In this document: piece after piece, positions 1 to 10,283 of the stretch
How the letters are laid out: each line of letters begins with the position of its first letter
How positions within the stretch are numbered: position 1 is the stretch's first letter
Assembly (NCBI GenBank): GCA_965223795.1
Contig: CBDCXL010000001.1
Location: 320,001 to 384,000 of the forward strand
Reading direction: 5' to 3'
Source: Nitrospinales bacterium
GTDB lineage: Bacteria; Nitrospinota; Nitrospinia; Nitrospinales; VA-1
Length of the DNA stretch: 64,000 bases
Position numbers and translations under genes: made by a program
The notes under the pieces: model-generated
Databases searched by the model: none
The model's input: the letters and a program-made list of their open reading frames with translations, nothing else
What the model was told of the DNA's origin: nothing

Positions 1-1
1 G

Positions 2-406
2 ATCGGACTGGCGGGCAACGTGGCCATTCAGGGCGCCACGGTCATCGTGCGCGGCATGGCGACGGGCGACATTCAGGCGGACAACCTCGGCCGCGTGGTG
101 AAGAGCGAACTGTGCGTCGGGATCGCCAACGGTTTCATCTTCGGCCTGCTGTGCGGGCTGCTGATCACCGCGCTGGCGTACTGGGTGCTGCCGGTCAAGC
201 CGGTCCTGGGTCTGACCGTGGGCATCGGCATCGTGATGGCGGTGGGGCTTTCCACCATTCTGGGATCGCTGACGCCCATTGGCTTCATCAAGGCGGGGAT
301 CGACCCGGCGATCAGCACCGGGCCGTTCGTCATCGTGCTCAACGATATTTTAGGGTTGGCTGTTTATCTCGCCAGCACCGCGCTGATTTTTTCCGAGCTC
401 TATTGA
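2..406 (+). CDS. mgtE: Magnesium transporter MgtE, C-terminal membrane domain (5'-truncated by window edge)
   Basis: The frame is open from the window start. It carries GNVAIQGATVIVRGMA and IDPAISTGPFVIVLNDILG motifs and several TM helices. Confidence 0.9.
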   Translation: MGLAGNVAIQGATVIVRGMATGDIQADNLGRVVKSELCVGIANGFIFGLLCGLLITALAYWVLPVKPVLGLTVGIGIVMAVGLSTILGSLTPIGFIKAGIDPAISTGPFVIVLNDILGLAVYLASTALIFSELY

Positions 407-429
407 CTCTCACGGGGCGGGCGGCCTCC

Positions 430-681
430 TCACTCTTCTTCCGGCTCCGCCAGCTCGATCTCGATCAGCGGAGTTTCGATTTCCACGTATTCACCCTCGG
501 ACACGTAGAATTCGTTGACGCGTCCGTCCACTTCGGAAAGCAGGGTGAAGTAGCCTTCCGAAACGATCTCGGCCACGGCGGTGCCCTTGGTCACCTTGTC
601 TCCCTTTCCCACCAGAAATTTGTCGACCTTCCCTGAAGTCATCGTGGGGTACATGGGCGCCATCACGATGTAATCCTGCAT
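430..681 (-). CDS. Stand-alone biotin/lipoyl-attachment-like domain protein lacking the canonical Lys
   Basis: PTMTSGKV..FLV..GDKV..G..VAEI...SEVDG.V....V.EGE.V pattern. GGAGG RBS upstream. Confidence 0.7.
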   Translation of the reverse strand: MQDYIVMAPMYPTMTSGKVDKFLVGKGDKVTKGTAVAEIVSEGYFTLLSEVDGRVNEFYVSEGEYVEIETPLIEIELAEPEEE

Positions 682-806
682 ATCCTTCCTCCAAAAAATC
701 CGTACAGCCGCGAGGCCGTATCGGTTTCAGTTGAAACGGGTTATAATGGAACTCCTGAACATGAATTCAATCCACCGGAGACGGGCGCGCCCGCAAGCGA
801 GCGATC

Positions 807-1019
807 ATGAAACTCAAGGTCGGAGATGTGCTGTTTGAACCGATGTCCCAGAATACCGGCGAGATCACCGGGATCACGCAGCATCCGGACGGCAAGCTGG
901 TGACCATCCGCTGGCGCGTGCAGGACCACCTCCCCCACGACACGGAACATTTTCACAAAAAGATCGTCCGCTGCATCGAAAAAGGCGAATACGAATACAC
1001 TCCCAAACTCGACTCCTGA
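807..1019 (+). CDS. Hypothetical 70-aa protein
   Basis: Coding-like codon usage, fills the gap between genes, TATAAT upstream near 742. Confidence 0.6.
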   Translation: MKLKVGDVLFEPMSQNTGEITGITQHPDGKLVTIRWRVQDHLPHDTEHFHKKIVRCIEKGEYEYTPKLDS

Positions 1020-1041
1020 AGCCACCCGCGCCGATTTGACG

Positions 1042-1326
1042 TCACTGCTTGTAAACGGTGTGCGTCGGCCGCCCCGCGAGGATGTTCTGCGCCCCCCAAT
1101 CGGTCACGTTGCGGAACTTGTCCGAGCGGATGAAGCCGTTGAACGCCTCCTCGGAACTCCAGTCCGAAACGATCAGGTAGGACTGCGGATCGTTGACGTC
1201 TTTGTATAAAAACGACTGGGTGTGCCCTTCCATGTCCTTCATGACTTCGAGCACCTTGTCGAAGGCGTCTTCGAAAATTTTTTCCTTGCCGGGGATCATT
1301 TTGTAGTTCATGCCGATGGTTACCAT
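1042..1326 (-). CDS. Antibiotic biosynthesis monooxygenase (ABM)-domain protein
   Basis: PGKE..FE..F....EG....LYKDVNDP..YLIVSDWSSEEAF pattern. AGGAG RBS. Confidence 0.8.
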   Translation of the reverse strand: MVTIGMNYKMIPGKEKIFEDAFDKVLEVMKDMEGHTQSFLYKDVNDPQSYLIVSDWSSEEAFNGFIRSDKFRNVTDWGAQNILAGRPTHTVYKQ

Positions 1327-1377
1327 GGTTTCTCCTGCGCCTTCCTGTCTGTGCCGCCGCGGTGTTCGCCGCCGCGG

Positions 1378-2169
1378 TCAGGTTAATATAAAATCGTAAC
1401 GGCCCGAAAGGGTTCCGTCCTGTTCCTGCCTGTATTCCACGATCAGGCTTTCCTGTTCCTCGCGCGTCAAGCGCCGGTCCCGCAAAATGAAATCCCGGCT
1501 GTTGAGCTTCTGCACCAGTTCATTGTGCTTCACGGCCTCGCCTTTGAAATAAAGCTGCGTCACCTTTTGCGGCCTGCCCGGCGCGCTGACGAGAAAGTGC
1601 AGGTGCGGCGGGCGGAAGACGCGGCCTCTCGGATCGATGGGATAATATCCGGGCACGATGGTGCGGAATTCGTAGTTGCCCTCGGCGTCGGTGAGGCAGC
1701 GGCCCCAGTACTGAAAATGGGGATCGTGCTGCCGCTCCACCCACTCCCCGGTTTCCGGGTGCTTGAAGCGGGTGTTGTCCTCGTCGCCGCGGTGGTTGTA
1801 GCGGCCGGTGGCCGAGGCGTTCCACAGAATGACGACGGCGCCTTTCTGCGGCACGCAGTCCCCGTCTTTTTCAGACAGCACCCGCCCCCTGAGGGTGACC
1901 GCCTGCCCCTCTGCCCTGCCCTTTTTGCCTTTGACGAAGGTCAAATCGTTGTCGTTGGCCTGATGGATGGGCAGGCTGAAGTCCTGGGACTCGCGGATTT
2001 CGTGGACGGGGTCGCCGTCGTCCGGGAAAAACGGCCCCAGCGACTGCGGCGGCGTGGGTAGACGGCAGAGCTTTCCCCACGCCGAGGAAGCGGCCAGCGT
2101 GCCCAGAAACGCGCCCGCGGCGGTGAGGCTTTTTTTCATGAAATGGCGTCTGGAAGCAAAACGGGACAT
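1378..2169 (-). CDS. Intradiol ring-cleavage dioxygenase (protocatechuate 3,4-dioxygenase beta-like) with Tat signal
   Basis: SRRHFMK twin-Arg leader. GPFF, W.A.A.GRY.H, G.Y.FRTIVPG.Y and RPPHLHF motifs. Confidence 0.85.
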   Translation of the reverse strand: MSRFASRRHFMKKSLTAAGAFLGTLAASSAWGKLCRLPTPPQSLGPFFPDDGDPVHEIRESQDFSLPIHQANDNDLTFVKGKKGRAEGQAVTLRGRVLSEKDGDCVPQKGAVVILWNASATGRYNHRGDEDNTRFKHPETGEWVERQHDPHFQYWGRCLTDAEGNYEFRTIVPGYYPIDPRGRVFRPPHLHFLVSAPGRPQKVTQLYFKGEAVKHNELVQKLNSRDFILRDRRLTREEQESLIVEYRQEQDGTLSGRYDFILT

Positions 2170-2308
2170 GGCTCGATCCTTTTGCGAGTGTTGGAAGTCA
2201 TCCGTTTTCAGCGAATTTGCGATTCATTTTATCGCATCCTTCCAATTGCAGACAGTTCGTTTTTGCGCCCCGGCGTCATTTCATCCGCTGCGAAGACGCG
2301 GCGGCGTC

Positions 2309-2683
2309 TCAGTATTCCTCCAGGGAGAACACCTCTTCCTCCCAGGCCATGCGGTAAAAATCCGGGTCGCGGATGATGCGGTTTCTCACCACCAGGGACG
2401 CCCGGGTCTTCATGCTCAATGGCAGGGTGCCGGACAGGGCGAACACCAGCACGCCCAGCCAGGAGGTGTCGAACCGGTCCAGGGGAAACTCTAGGTTGCC
2501 GAGAAAACAGATCAGGATGCCGATCAGCATGCCGGAAACCGCGAGGCAGGCCAGCACGATCTGGATGCGCCGGGGGCCGTCTCCCGCCTGGCCCTTTCTC
2601 ACCAGATGGAAGGCCTTTTTCTCGTCGATGTGGATCTTGACGTTACCCGTCGCCCAGAGTTTTTCAAATTGTCTGCGGTCCAT
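2309..2683 (-). CDS. Hypothetical membrane protein (2 TM)
   Basis: Two hydrophobic stretches. Start placed at MDRRQ. Confidence 0.6.
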   Translation of the reverse strand: MDRRQFEKLWATGNVKIHIDEKKAFHLVRKGQAGDGPRRIQIVLACLAVSGMLIGILICFLGNLEFPLDRFDTSWLGVLVFALSGTLPLSMKTRASLVVRNRIIRDPDFYRMAWEEEVFSLEEY

Positions 2684-2877
2684 CGTGACTCTGCGGAATA
2701 TTTCAGGATGTCCAGCGTGCGCCGAAAACACAAATGGCCCCAACGGGCGCTGGAGCCGGGTTGAAATTATGGATCAATTTGCGCGCACGATCAACGGCGA
2801 TTTCAGGGAAACGGAACGGAGGCGTCCGGGTTCGGCTGCGCGATAGACCTCAGGCCGCCCGGCCGGATGAGCGGGGG

Positions 2878-3120
2878 TCAGTTCAGGACGATCTGGTCCG
2901 GTTCCAGATTGCGCTCGGCGACGTAAGTCATGCGCGTGCCGTTGTGGACGCGGATGTGGTACCAGGGCTGGTCTTTGGGAGGGCGGCTGCGGGCCATGTT
3001 CTCATACCATTCGTCGGACTGCTTGAACTCGAGGTCCACGCCCACGATGACGCCTCGATAGTCGAACAGTTTGTGATGGATGAGTTGCCCGATGCAGAAT
3101 TTTGCTTTGATGGCGCTCAT
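2878..3120 (-). CDS. hspQ: Heat shock protein HspQ / YccV-like hemimethylated DNA-binding domain
   Basis: AKF.IGQLIHHKLFDYRGVIVGVD, P.KDQPWYH and TYVAERNL motifs. GGAGG RBS. Confidence 0.9.
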   Translation of the reverse strand: MSAIKAKFCIGQLIHHKLFDYRGVIVGVDLEFKQSDEWYENMARSRPPKDQPWYHIRVHNGTRMTYVAERNLEPDQIVLN

Positions 3121-3176
3121 GAATTTCCTCCGGCGGTGAATTCGATGCAACAGATTGTTCTATTGGGCGCTTCTCA

Positions 3177-3344
3177 AAATGCCTTCGGCCGGTTTTCGCG
3201 GAGCGAAGGCGGCGCGCGTCTTCGGACGCACGGTTCACTTTACGGTGTTCTTCCTATTTCAGGTTTGCGAGGAGTTCCGGGGAGGGGGTGTGCTTCTGGA
3301 AATCCTCGTCGATCTCCCTATTCTCGGGATGAAACCGTCGAACC
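3177..3344 (-). ncRNA. Candidate structured non-coding RNA or leader: about 113-nt interrupted hairpin plus two short hairpins
   Basis: Nested complementarity across 3232-3344, an extended -10 element just upstream, and a terminator-like hairpin at 3181-3210 followed by AUUUU. Confidence 0.45.
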
Positions 3345-3350
3345 CCCATT

Positions 3351-3377
3351 AATGTAGCAAATATTAATAATTTGCAA
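3351..3377 (-). promoter_or_regulatory. Putative sigma70 extended -10 promoter overlapped by a GCAAAT-N7-ATTTGC palindrome
   Basis: Minus strand reads TTGCAA-N15-TACATT with TGn before the -10. The spacer is shorter than canonical. Confidence 0.45.
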
Positions 3378-3510
3378 AGAATTTTTTGTGAGAGCGCCGT
3401 CCCGTACGGGAATGCGGCCGCCCTGGAGCGAGCCGGCCTGGCGGCAGGGTATATAAACGATCGTTTATTTATGGCCTGGGGGCCGCGGCAGTGCGTTGCG
3501 CGCCCTTGTA

Positions 3511-4224
3511 TCAGGTGTCGCTGGCGACGAACTGGGAGAGTGCCATTTTGGCGGCGGCCTGTTCCGCCTCTTTTTTGCTGCGCCCCTTGCCTTTGCCTTT
3601 GACTTCTTCCTTGACCAGCACGATGACCTCGAACTGTTTCTGGTGGTCCGGTCCGGTTTCGCGGGTGACCTTGTAGGTGGGGATGCAGATGAGCTTGTTC
3701 TGCGTGTATTCCTGCAGGTCGCTTTTGTAGTCGCGGAACGTGCGCGTGTCGACGAAGCGGGTGATCTCGCGCGACAGCACCGGCAGCAGCACCTTTGCCG
3801 TTTCGCGGATGTCGCTGTCCCAGTAGACGGCCCCGGCGACGGCCTCGAAGGCGTTTGCCAGCAGCGAGGTCTTGTCGCGCCCGCCGGACAGTTCTTCGCC
3901 GCGGCCGAGCAGCAGGTATTCGCCGAGCTTCCATTCGCGGGCGAGGCCGGCGAGGCAGGACTCGTTGACCACGGCGGCGCGGATTTTGGAAAGCGCGCCT
4001 TCCTTGAAATCGGCGTATTTTTTGATCATGTAGTCGCTGACCACCAGGTCGAGCACGGAGTCGCCGAGAAATTCCAGCCGCTCGTTGTGCTTCAGGTCCT
4101 CGTCGCTCTCGTTGACGTAGGACTTGTGGGTCAGCGCCTTGTTGAGCAGCAGGACGTCCTTGAACTGGTAATTCAGCGTTTTCTGGAAAGACAACAGGTC
4201 CTGTGTGCGCTCTTCGGACAGCAT
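3511..4224 (-). CDS. rnc: Ribonuclease III
   Basis: NERLEFLGDSVL signature and a C-terminal dsRBD (GPDHQKQF, SKKEAEQAAA). Confidence 0.97.
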   Translation of the reverse strand: MLSEERTQDLLSFQKTLNYQFKDVLLLNKALTHKSYVNESDEDLKHNERLEFLGDSVLDLVVSDYMIKKYADFKEGALSKIRAAVVNESCLAGLAREWKLGEYLLLGRGEELSGGRDKTSLLANAFEAVAGAVYWDSDIRETAKVLLPVLSREITRFVDTRTFRDYKSDLQEYTQNKLICIPTYKVTRETGPDHQKQFEVIVLVKEEVKGKGKGRSKKEAEQAAAKMALSQFVASDT

Positions 4225-4231
4225 AACGCCT

Positions 4232-5470
4232 CTAGCTGGAACATTGCCTGAAGATGATGACGGCGTTCGTGCCGCCAAACCCGAACGAGTTGGAGAGCGC
4301 CGCTTTGATCTTCTTTTCGCGCGGCTGGTTGGGCACGTAGTCCAGATCGCATTCGGGATCGGGGGTGGTGTAGTTGATGGTCGGCGGCAGGGCGCCGCGG
4401 GACAGGGCCAGCAGGGAATAGACGGACTCGACGCCGCCCGCGCCGCCGAGCAGGTGGCCGGTCATCGATTTGGTGGAGCTGACCGCGAGGGTTCTGGCGT
4501 GGCTGCCGAACACGGTCTTGATGGCCTGGGTTTCGGTGGCGTCGGCGCCGGTGGAGGTGCCGTGGGCGTTGATGTAGTCGATGTCCTCGGGATTCATGCC
4601 GGCGCTTTCCAGTGCTTTTTTCATGCAGCGCGCGGCCCCCTCGCCTTCCGGCGCGGTCGAGGTGATGTGGTGGGCGTCGCTGTTCAGGCTGTAGCCCGCG
4701 ACTTCGCCATAGATGCGGGCGCCGCGTTTTTTCGCGGATTCCATCTCTTCCAGCACCACCACGCCGCAGCCCTCGCCGATGACGAATCCGTCGCGGTCCT
4801 TGTCGAACGGCCGGCTCGCGCCTTCGGGGTCGTCGTTGCGGGTGGACAGCGCCTTGGCGGAGCTGAAGCCGCCGACGCACAGCGGCGTGATGACGGATTC
4901 GGTGCCGCCGGCGATCATCGCGTCGGCCTCGCCGTACTGGATCAGGCGTGCGGCGTCGCCGAGGGCATGGGTCCCGGTGGCGCAGGCGGTGGTGACGCAG
5001 GTGTTGGGGCCTTTGGCGCCATACATGATGGACACCTGTCCCGACGCCAGGTTGGCGATCATCATCGGGATCAGAAAGGGGCTGATCTTGCGCGGACCGC
5101 GGTCCCGGTACAGATCGTAGTATTTTTCGATGGCGGGGAGGCCGCCGAGACCGGCGCCGATCAGGACTCCGGTGCGCTCGGCATTGGCGTCGTCGATGTG
5201 AAAGCCGGAGTCCTGCATGGCGAGCTGGCTGGAGACCACGGCGTAATGGATGAACGCATCCATCTTCTTGACGTCCTTGTGGTCGATGTATTTTTCCGGT
5301 TCAAACCCTTTCACCTCGCCAGCGATTTTAACCGCAAACGCCTGTGTGTCGAATTTGGTGATGGGGCCGACTCCGGATTTCCCGGCCATCAGTGCCGTCC
5401 AGTTTTCCTCCAAACCGAGCCCCAGGGGCGAGATGATCCCCATTCCCGTGACTGCAACGCGTCTCTTCAT
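4232..5470 (-). CDS. fabF: Beta-ketoacyl-ACP synthase II
   Basis: [23 protein letters not shown] and NSFGFGGTN motifs. Confidence 0.97.
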   Translation of the reverse strand: MKRRVAVTGMGIISPLGLGLEENWTALMAGKSGVGPITKFDTQAFAVKIAGEVKGFEPEKYIDHKDVKKMDAFIHYAVVSSQLAMQDSGFHIDDANAERTGVLIGAGLGGLPAIEKYYDLYRDRGPRKISPFLIPMMIANLASGQVSIMYGAKGPNTCVTTACATGTHALGDAARLIQYGEADAMIAGGTESVITPLCVGGFSSAKALSTRNDDPEGASRPFDKDRDGFVIGEGCGVVVLEEMESAKKRGARIYGEVAGYSLNSDAHHITSTAPEGEGAARCMKKALESAGMNPEDIDYINAHGTSTGADATETQAIKTVFGSHARTLAVSSTKSMTGHLLGGAGGVESVYSLLALSRGALPPTINYTTPDPECDLDYVPNQPREKKIKAALSNSFGFGGTNAVIIFRQCSS

Positions 5471-5492
5471 CGGACCGTTTCGGACTCAGGGG

Positions 5493-5726
5493 TCAGTTGG
5501 TGCGGCTTTTGATGTAATCGATCGCGTTCTGCACCGATGCGATCTTTTCCGCTTCTTCATCGGGTATTTCGATATCGAATTCCTCTTCCAGCGCCATCAC
5601 CAGCTCGACGGTGTCGAGGGAGTCGGCCCCCAGATCCTCGATGAAGGAAGCATCCGGAGCGACCTGCTTCTCATCCACACCCAGTTGATCGACAATGATC
5701 TCTTTCACTTTCTCTTCAACAGACAT
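5493..5726 (-). CDS. acpP: Acyl carrier protein
   Basis: [20 protein letters not shown]. Confidence 0.98.
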   Translation of the reverse strand: MSVEEKVKEIIVDQLGVDEKQVAPDASFIEDLGADSLDTVELVMALEEEFDIEIPDEEAEKIASVQNAIDYIKSRTN

Positions 5727-5753
5727 AGTGTTCTCACTCCTAATAGAAGGAAA

Positions 5754-6494
5754 TTACATCAACATGCCGCCGTTAACATTAATCACCTGTCCGGTTATGT
5801 ACCCTGCGCTGTCCGAAACCAGAAAGGAGACACAACGCGCCACATCCTCCGGCTGCCCGAGCCGGGCCAGAGGAATCTGATCGATCAGTGTTTTTCTCAC
5901 CGTCTCGTCGAGCACCCGGGTCATTTCCGTGTCGATGAAACCCGGAGCCACCGCGTTGACGGTGATACCGCGCGACGCGACTTCCCGCGCGGTGGTTTTG
6001 GTCAGGCCGATGACGCCGGCCTTGGAGGCGGAGTAGTTCGCCTGCCCTGCATTTCCCATCACGCCCACGATGGAGGCGATGTTGACGATGGCGCCGCTTT
6101 TCTGCTTCATCATCTGCTTGACCGCCTGCTGCGTGCAGAGAAAGCTGCCCTTGAGATTGATGGAAAGAACCCGGTCCCAGTCGTCCTCCTTCATGCGCAT
6201 CATCAGGCCGTCCTTGGTGATCCCCGCGTTGTTCACGAGGATGTCCAGCGGCTTGTGCTCTTTGACGATGGCGTCGAACGCGCTTTTCACATCTTCGGCC
6301 GAGGACACGTCCAGCTTCACCGAAGACGCCGAACCGCCGCCGTCGCGGATGGCCGCGGCGGATTGCTCCGCGCCTTCCTGGTTGACGTCTCCCAGAACCA
6401 CGTGCGCGCCTTGGCGGGCGAGTTCTTCGCCGATGGTCTGGCCGATTCCGCGTGCGCCTCCGGTGACGAGGGCGACTTTGTCTTTTAACTGCAT
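5754..6494 (-). CDS. fabG: 3-oxoacyl-ACP reductase
   Basis: TGGARGIG, NNAGITKD and YSASK motifs. Operon context. Confidence 0.96.
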   Translation of the reverse strand: MQLKDKVALVTGGARGIGQTIGEELARQGAHVVLGDVNQEGAEQSAAAIRDGGGSASSVKLDVSSAEDVKSAFDAIVKEHKPLDILVNNAGITKDGLMMRMKEDDWDRVLSINLKGSFLCTQQAVKQMMKQKSGAIVNIASIVGVMGNAGQANYSASKAGVIGLTKTTAREVASRGITVNAVAPGFIDTEMTRVLDETVRKTLIDQIPLARLGQPEDVARCVSFLVSDSAGYITGQVINVNGGMLM

Positions 6495-6509
6495 GCGGCG
6501 GCTTTCACA

Positions 6510-7448
6510 TTAACACGATTTGAGGGCGGAAACCGTCTGTTCCAGGGATTTGGGGTCCTCGACCTGAAAACATTTTATTTCCTTGTTGAACCTGCGCATC
6601 AACCCGGACAGCACTTTCCCCGGCCCCAGCTCGACCACCGCTTCGATCCCCTGATCCACAATGGCCTGCATGGTTTCCGCCCAGCGGACCGGGCTGCACA
6701 CCTGCAACCGCAACGCTTCCCGGGCATGTTCGCCGCTGGAGTTGGGTCTGGCATCGATGTTGGTGATGACTGGAAAGGACAGATTTTGAAATACGGTTTG
6801 CTCTAGTTCCTTCTGAAGCTTTTCTTCCGCGGGCTTCATGAGGGGGCAATGAAATGGAGCGCTCACGGGAAGCATCACTGTCTTTTTTGCGCCCTGCCGC
6901 TTGGTTTCGGCGGAAACCTTTTCGACGGCTTCCTTGTGTCCGGCGATCACGGTCTGCTGCGGGCTGTTCAGGTTGGCAGGTGAAACCAGACTGCCGTCTT
7001 CGGACGCATCTTCACAAATCTGGCGAATGGTATCCGCCGGCAGTCCGATGATCGCTGCCATGGCTCCCACGCCAACAGGAACCGCTTCCTGCATGAACCG
7101 CCCGCGCAGGCGCACCAGACGCACTGCATCTTTGAAGCTGAGAGCGCCCGCGGCGACCAGGGCGGAGTACTCTCCCAGGCTGTGACCCGCCGCCAGTACG
7201 GAATCTATATCATGTTCCCTCAACAACTTCAAGGCTATAATGCTGTGCACCAGGAGTGCGGGCTGGGTGTTTTCGGTCAGGTTCAGATCCGTATCGGGCC
7301 CGTCGAAACAGATGGATTTGAGATCCACGCCGAGCACTTCCGCCGCCGTGTCGAAGCAGCGTTTGGCTTCTCCGGTGGATTCGTAAAATTCCTTTCCCAT
7401 TCCTACTGTTTGCGATCCCTGGCCTGGAAACAAAAAAGCGATTTTCAA
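6510..7448 (-). CDS. fabD: Malonyl-CoA:ACP transacylase
   Basis: FPGQGSQ, GHSLGEY and VSAPFH motifs. TTG start after GAGGAGG. Confidence 0.96.
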   Translation of the reverse strand: MKIAFLFPGQGSQTVGMGKEFYESTGEAKRCFDTAAEVLGVDLKSICFDGPDTDLNLTENTQPALLVHSIIALKLLREHDIDSVLAAGHSLGEYSALVAAGALSFKDAVRLVRLRGRFMQEAVPVGVGAMAAIIGLPADTIRQICEDASEDGSLVSPANLNSPQQTVIAGHKEAVEKVSAETKRQGAKKTVMLPVSAPFHCPLMKPAEEKLQKELEQTVFQNLSFPVITNIDARPNSSGEHAREALRLQVCSPVRWAETMQAIVDQGIEAVVELGPGKVLSGLMRRFNKEIKCFQVEDPKSLEQTVSALKSC

Positions 7449-7527
7449 GACGGCCGCCCTCCTCTGCAAAGCCGGGTTGAGACGGCAGCGAAACAAAGTC
7501 CCGCCGCTGTCGGAAATCGGTGACGGT

Positions 7528-8532
<1,005 letters not shown>

Positions 8533-8546
8533 CAGGCGTCAGTGAA

Positions 8547-9737
8547 TCAATTGTTCTGCGGATTGGAGTCGGTGGGTTCGGGGTTCTCTTTGGCGGGAGG
8601 TGCGGGCTCATCCGTGTTGCTGGCGCTGTTGTTGTTATTGTTGTTGTGATTGTTGTGTTGGATCTGCTGCCCGTCGCTGCCGAAAGCGATGCTTTTGAAC
8701 TGCTGCCACAATTCGCCTTTGCGGGCCCAGATGTCCTGCTTCTCGATGTTGAATTCGATGTCGTCCTGGATGTGCTGGTTGACTTTTTTCTCGATGAATT
8801 CCTTGGCCCGGTTGATGGCGTTTTTGACCGCCTTGGGCGATGAGCTGCCGTGGGCGATGATGCACACGCCGTTGACGCCAAGCAGGGGCGCGCCTCCGGT
8901 CTCGGAATAATCGACTTTTTTCTTGAACTCGGCGAAACGCGGCTTGAGCAGCAGATAACCGATTTTACTCAGCCAGTTGCTTTTGAACAACAGCTTGAGA
9001 TTGGTCCCGATCATTTCGGCGAGGCTTTCGGAAATCTTGAGCGCCACGTTGCCGGTGAACCCGTCGCAGACGATGACGTCGGCGTTGCCCCGGTACACTT
9101 CCTTCCCTTCCAGGTTGCCGAGAAAATTGATGTGGCTCTTTTTGAGCATCTGAAACACTTCCTTGGTGACTTCGTTGCCCTTGCCGTCCTCCTCGCCGAT
9201 GCTCAACAGGCCGACGCCGGGGTCTTCCTTGCCGAGGATGTATTTGGCGTAAACGTGGCCCATGATGCCGAACTGAACGAGCTGGCCGATCTTGCAGTCC
9301 ACGTTGGCGCCCGCATCCAGCAGGATGGAGGTGCCCTTGAGCGTGGGCAGCACGATGGCGATGGCCGGGCGGTCGACGCCTTTGAGCGGCCGCAGAATGA
9401 AGGTGCTGTATGCCAGGACCGCGCCGGTGTTGCCGGCGCTGACGAAGGCCTGGGCTTCGCCGCTTTTCACCAGCTCCACGCCGATCTTCATGGAGGATTT
9501 TTTCTTGCTGCGCAGCACCTTGGCGGGCACATCGTGCATTTCCACCACTTCCTCGGCGTGCACGACTTCGATGGGCAGGTCCCGGCTGTCCTCGAACTTG
9601 GCCAGCTCCTGCTCGACCCGCTCCTCGATGCCGGTGAGGATGATCTCGGTGCCGTACTCCCGTGCCGCCAGCACCGCTCCCGCCACGATCGACTCGGGCG
9701 CGTGGTCTCCTCCCATAGCGTCCACCACGATTTTCAT
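8547..9737 (-). CDS. plsX: Phosphate acyltransferase PlsX with a low-complexity C-terminal extension
   Basis: MKIVVDAMGGDHAP, SAGNTGA, DAGANVD, CDGFTGNV and HGSS motifs. Confidence 0.96.
   Translation of the reverse strand: MKIVVDAMGGDHAPESIVAGAVLAAREYGTEIILTGIEERVEQELAKFEDSRDLPIEVVHAEEVVEMHDVPAKVLRSKKKSSMKIGVELVKSGEAQAFVSAGNTGAVLAYSTFILRPLKGVDRPAIAIVLPTLKGTSILLDAGANVDCKIGQLVQFGIMGHVYAKYILGKEDPGVGLLSIGEEDGKGNEVTKEVFQMLKKSHINFLGNLEGKEVYRGNADVIVCDGFTGNVALKISESLAEMIGTNLKLLFKSNWLSKIGYLLLKPRFAEFKKKVDYSETGGAPLLGVNGVCIIAHGSSSPKAVKNAINRAKEFIEKKVNQHIQDDIEFNIEKQDIWARKGELWQQFKSIAFGSDGQQIQHNNHNNNNNNSASNTDEPAPPAKENPEPTDSNPQNN
8628..8660. repeat. Imperfect (TTG/CAA)n trinucleotide tract encoding HNNHNNNNNN
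   Basis: gttgttgttattgttgttgtgattgttgtgttg. Confidence 0.8.
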
Positions 9738-9959
9738 GTTGTCCGGTGCTCCATCGATGCGGGTGTGTTTGTGCCGGGGAAACGGTTCGGTTCTGGCCCG
9801 CCGGTCCGGGCGCGGGCTGTCCTGGGTGATGCACTGAAAAAAGGGAATCGCCCTTTCGGGCATGAAACTTCTGAATGCCGGTGCGGGCCGGAATGCTCGC
9901 CGCGGGTTTTGCGGCAGCCGCTGTGATCCGGTCCCGGCGCGCGGCGGAGACCGTGAAGG

Positions 9960-10142
9960 TCAGACCGCTTCGACCTCCATCACTTCCTTGCCTTTGTAAA
10001 AACCGCAGTGCGGGCAAACGCGATGAGGCTGCTTGATCTCATGGCACTGCGGGCATTCTCCATAACCGGGCACGCTGAGCTTGTCGTGCGACCTGCGATG
10101 TCCCTGCCGGGACTTGGAAGTTCTCTTCTTGGGTACAGCCAT
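9960..10142 (-). CDS. rpmF: 50S ribosomal protein L32
   Basis: [12 protein letters not shown]...CPQC...[11 protein letters not shown]. Confidence 0.98.
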   Translation of the reverse strand: MAVPKKRTSKSRQGHRRSHDKLSVPGYGECPQCHEIKQPHRVCPHCGFYKGKEVMEVEAV

Positions 10143-10283
10143 GATTTCTCCTTGAACAACGGCGTTTTCAAACCTTTCGGGCCGAATCGGCCCGCGGCCG
10201 CGCCGGGCTTCAAAACCTTTATTATATTGTAACCTGTTTCCAGTCAGACCGGCATTTGAATTCGCGTTGGAAATGGCGCCAAT

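Noticed and set aside
3232..3344. SRP (4.5S) RNA
   Set aside because: The size is similar, but the conserved CAGG...GGAA...AGCAG core is not present on either strand.
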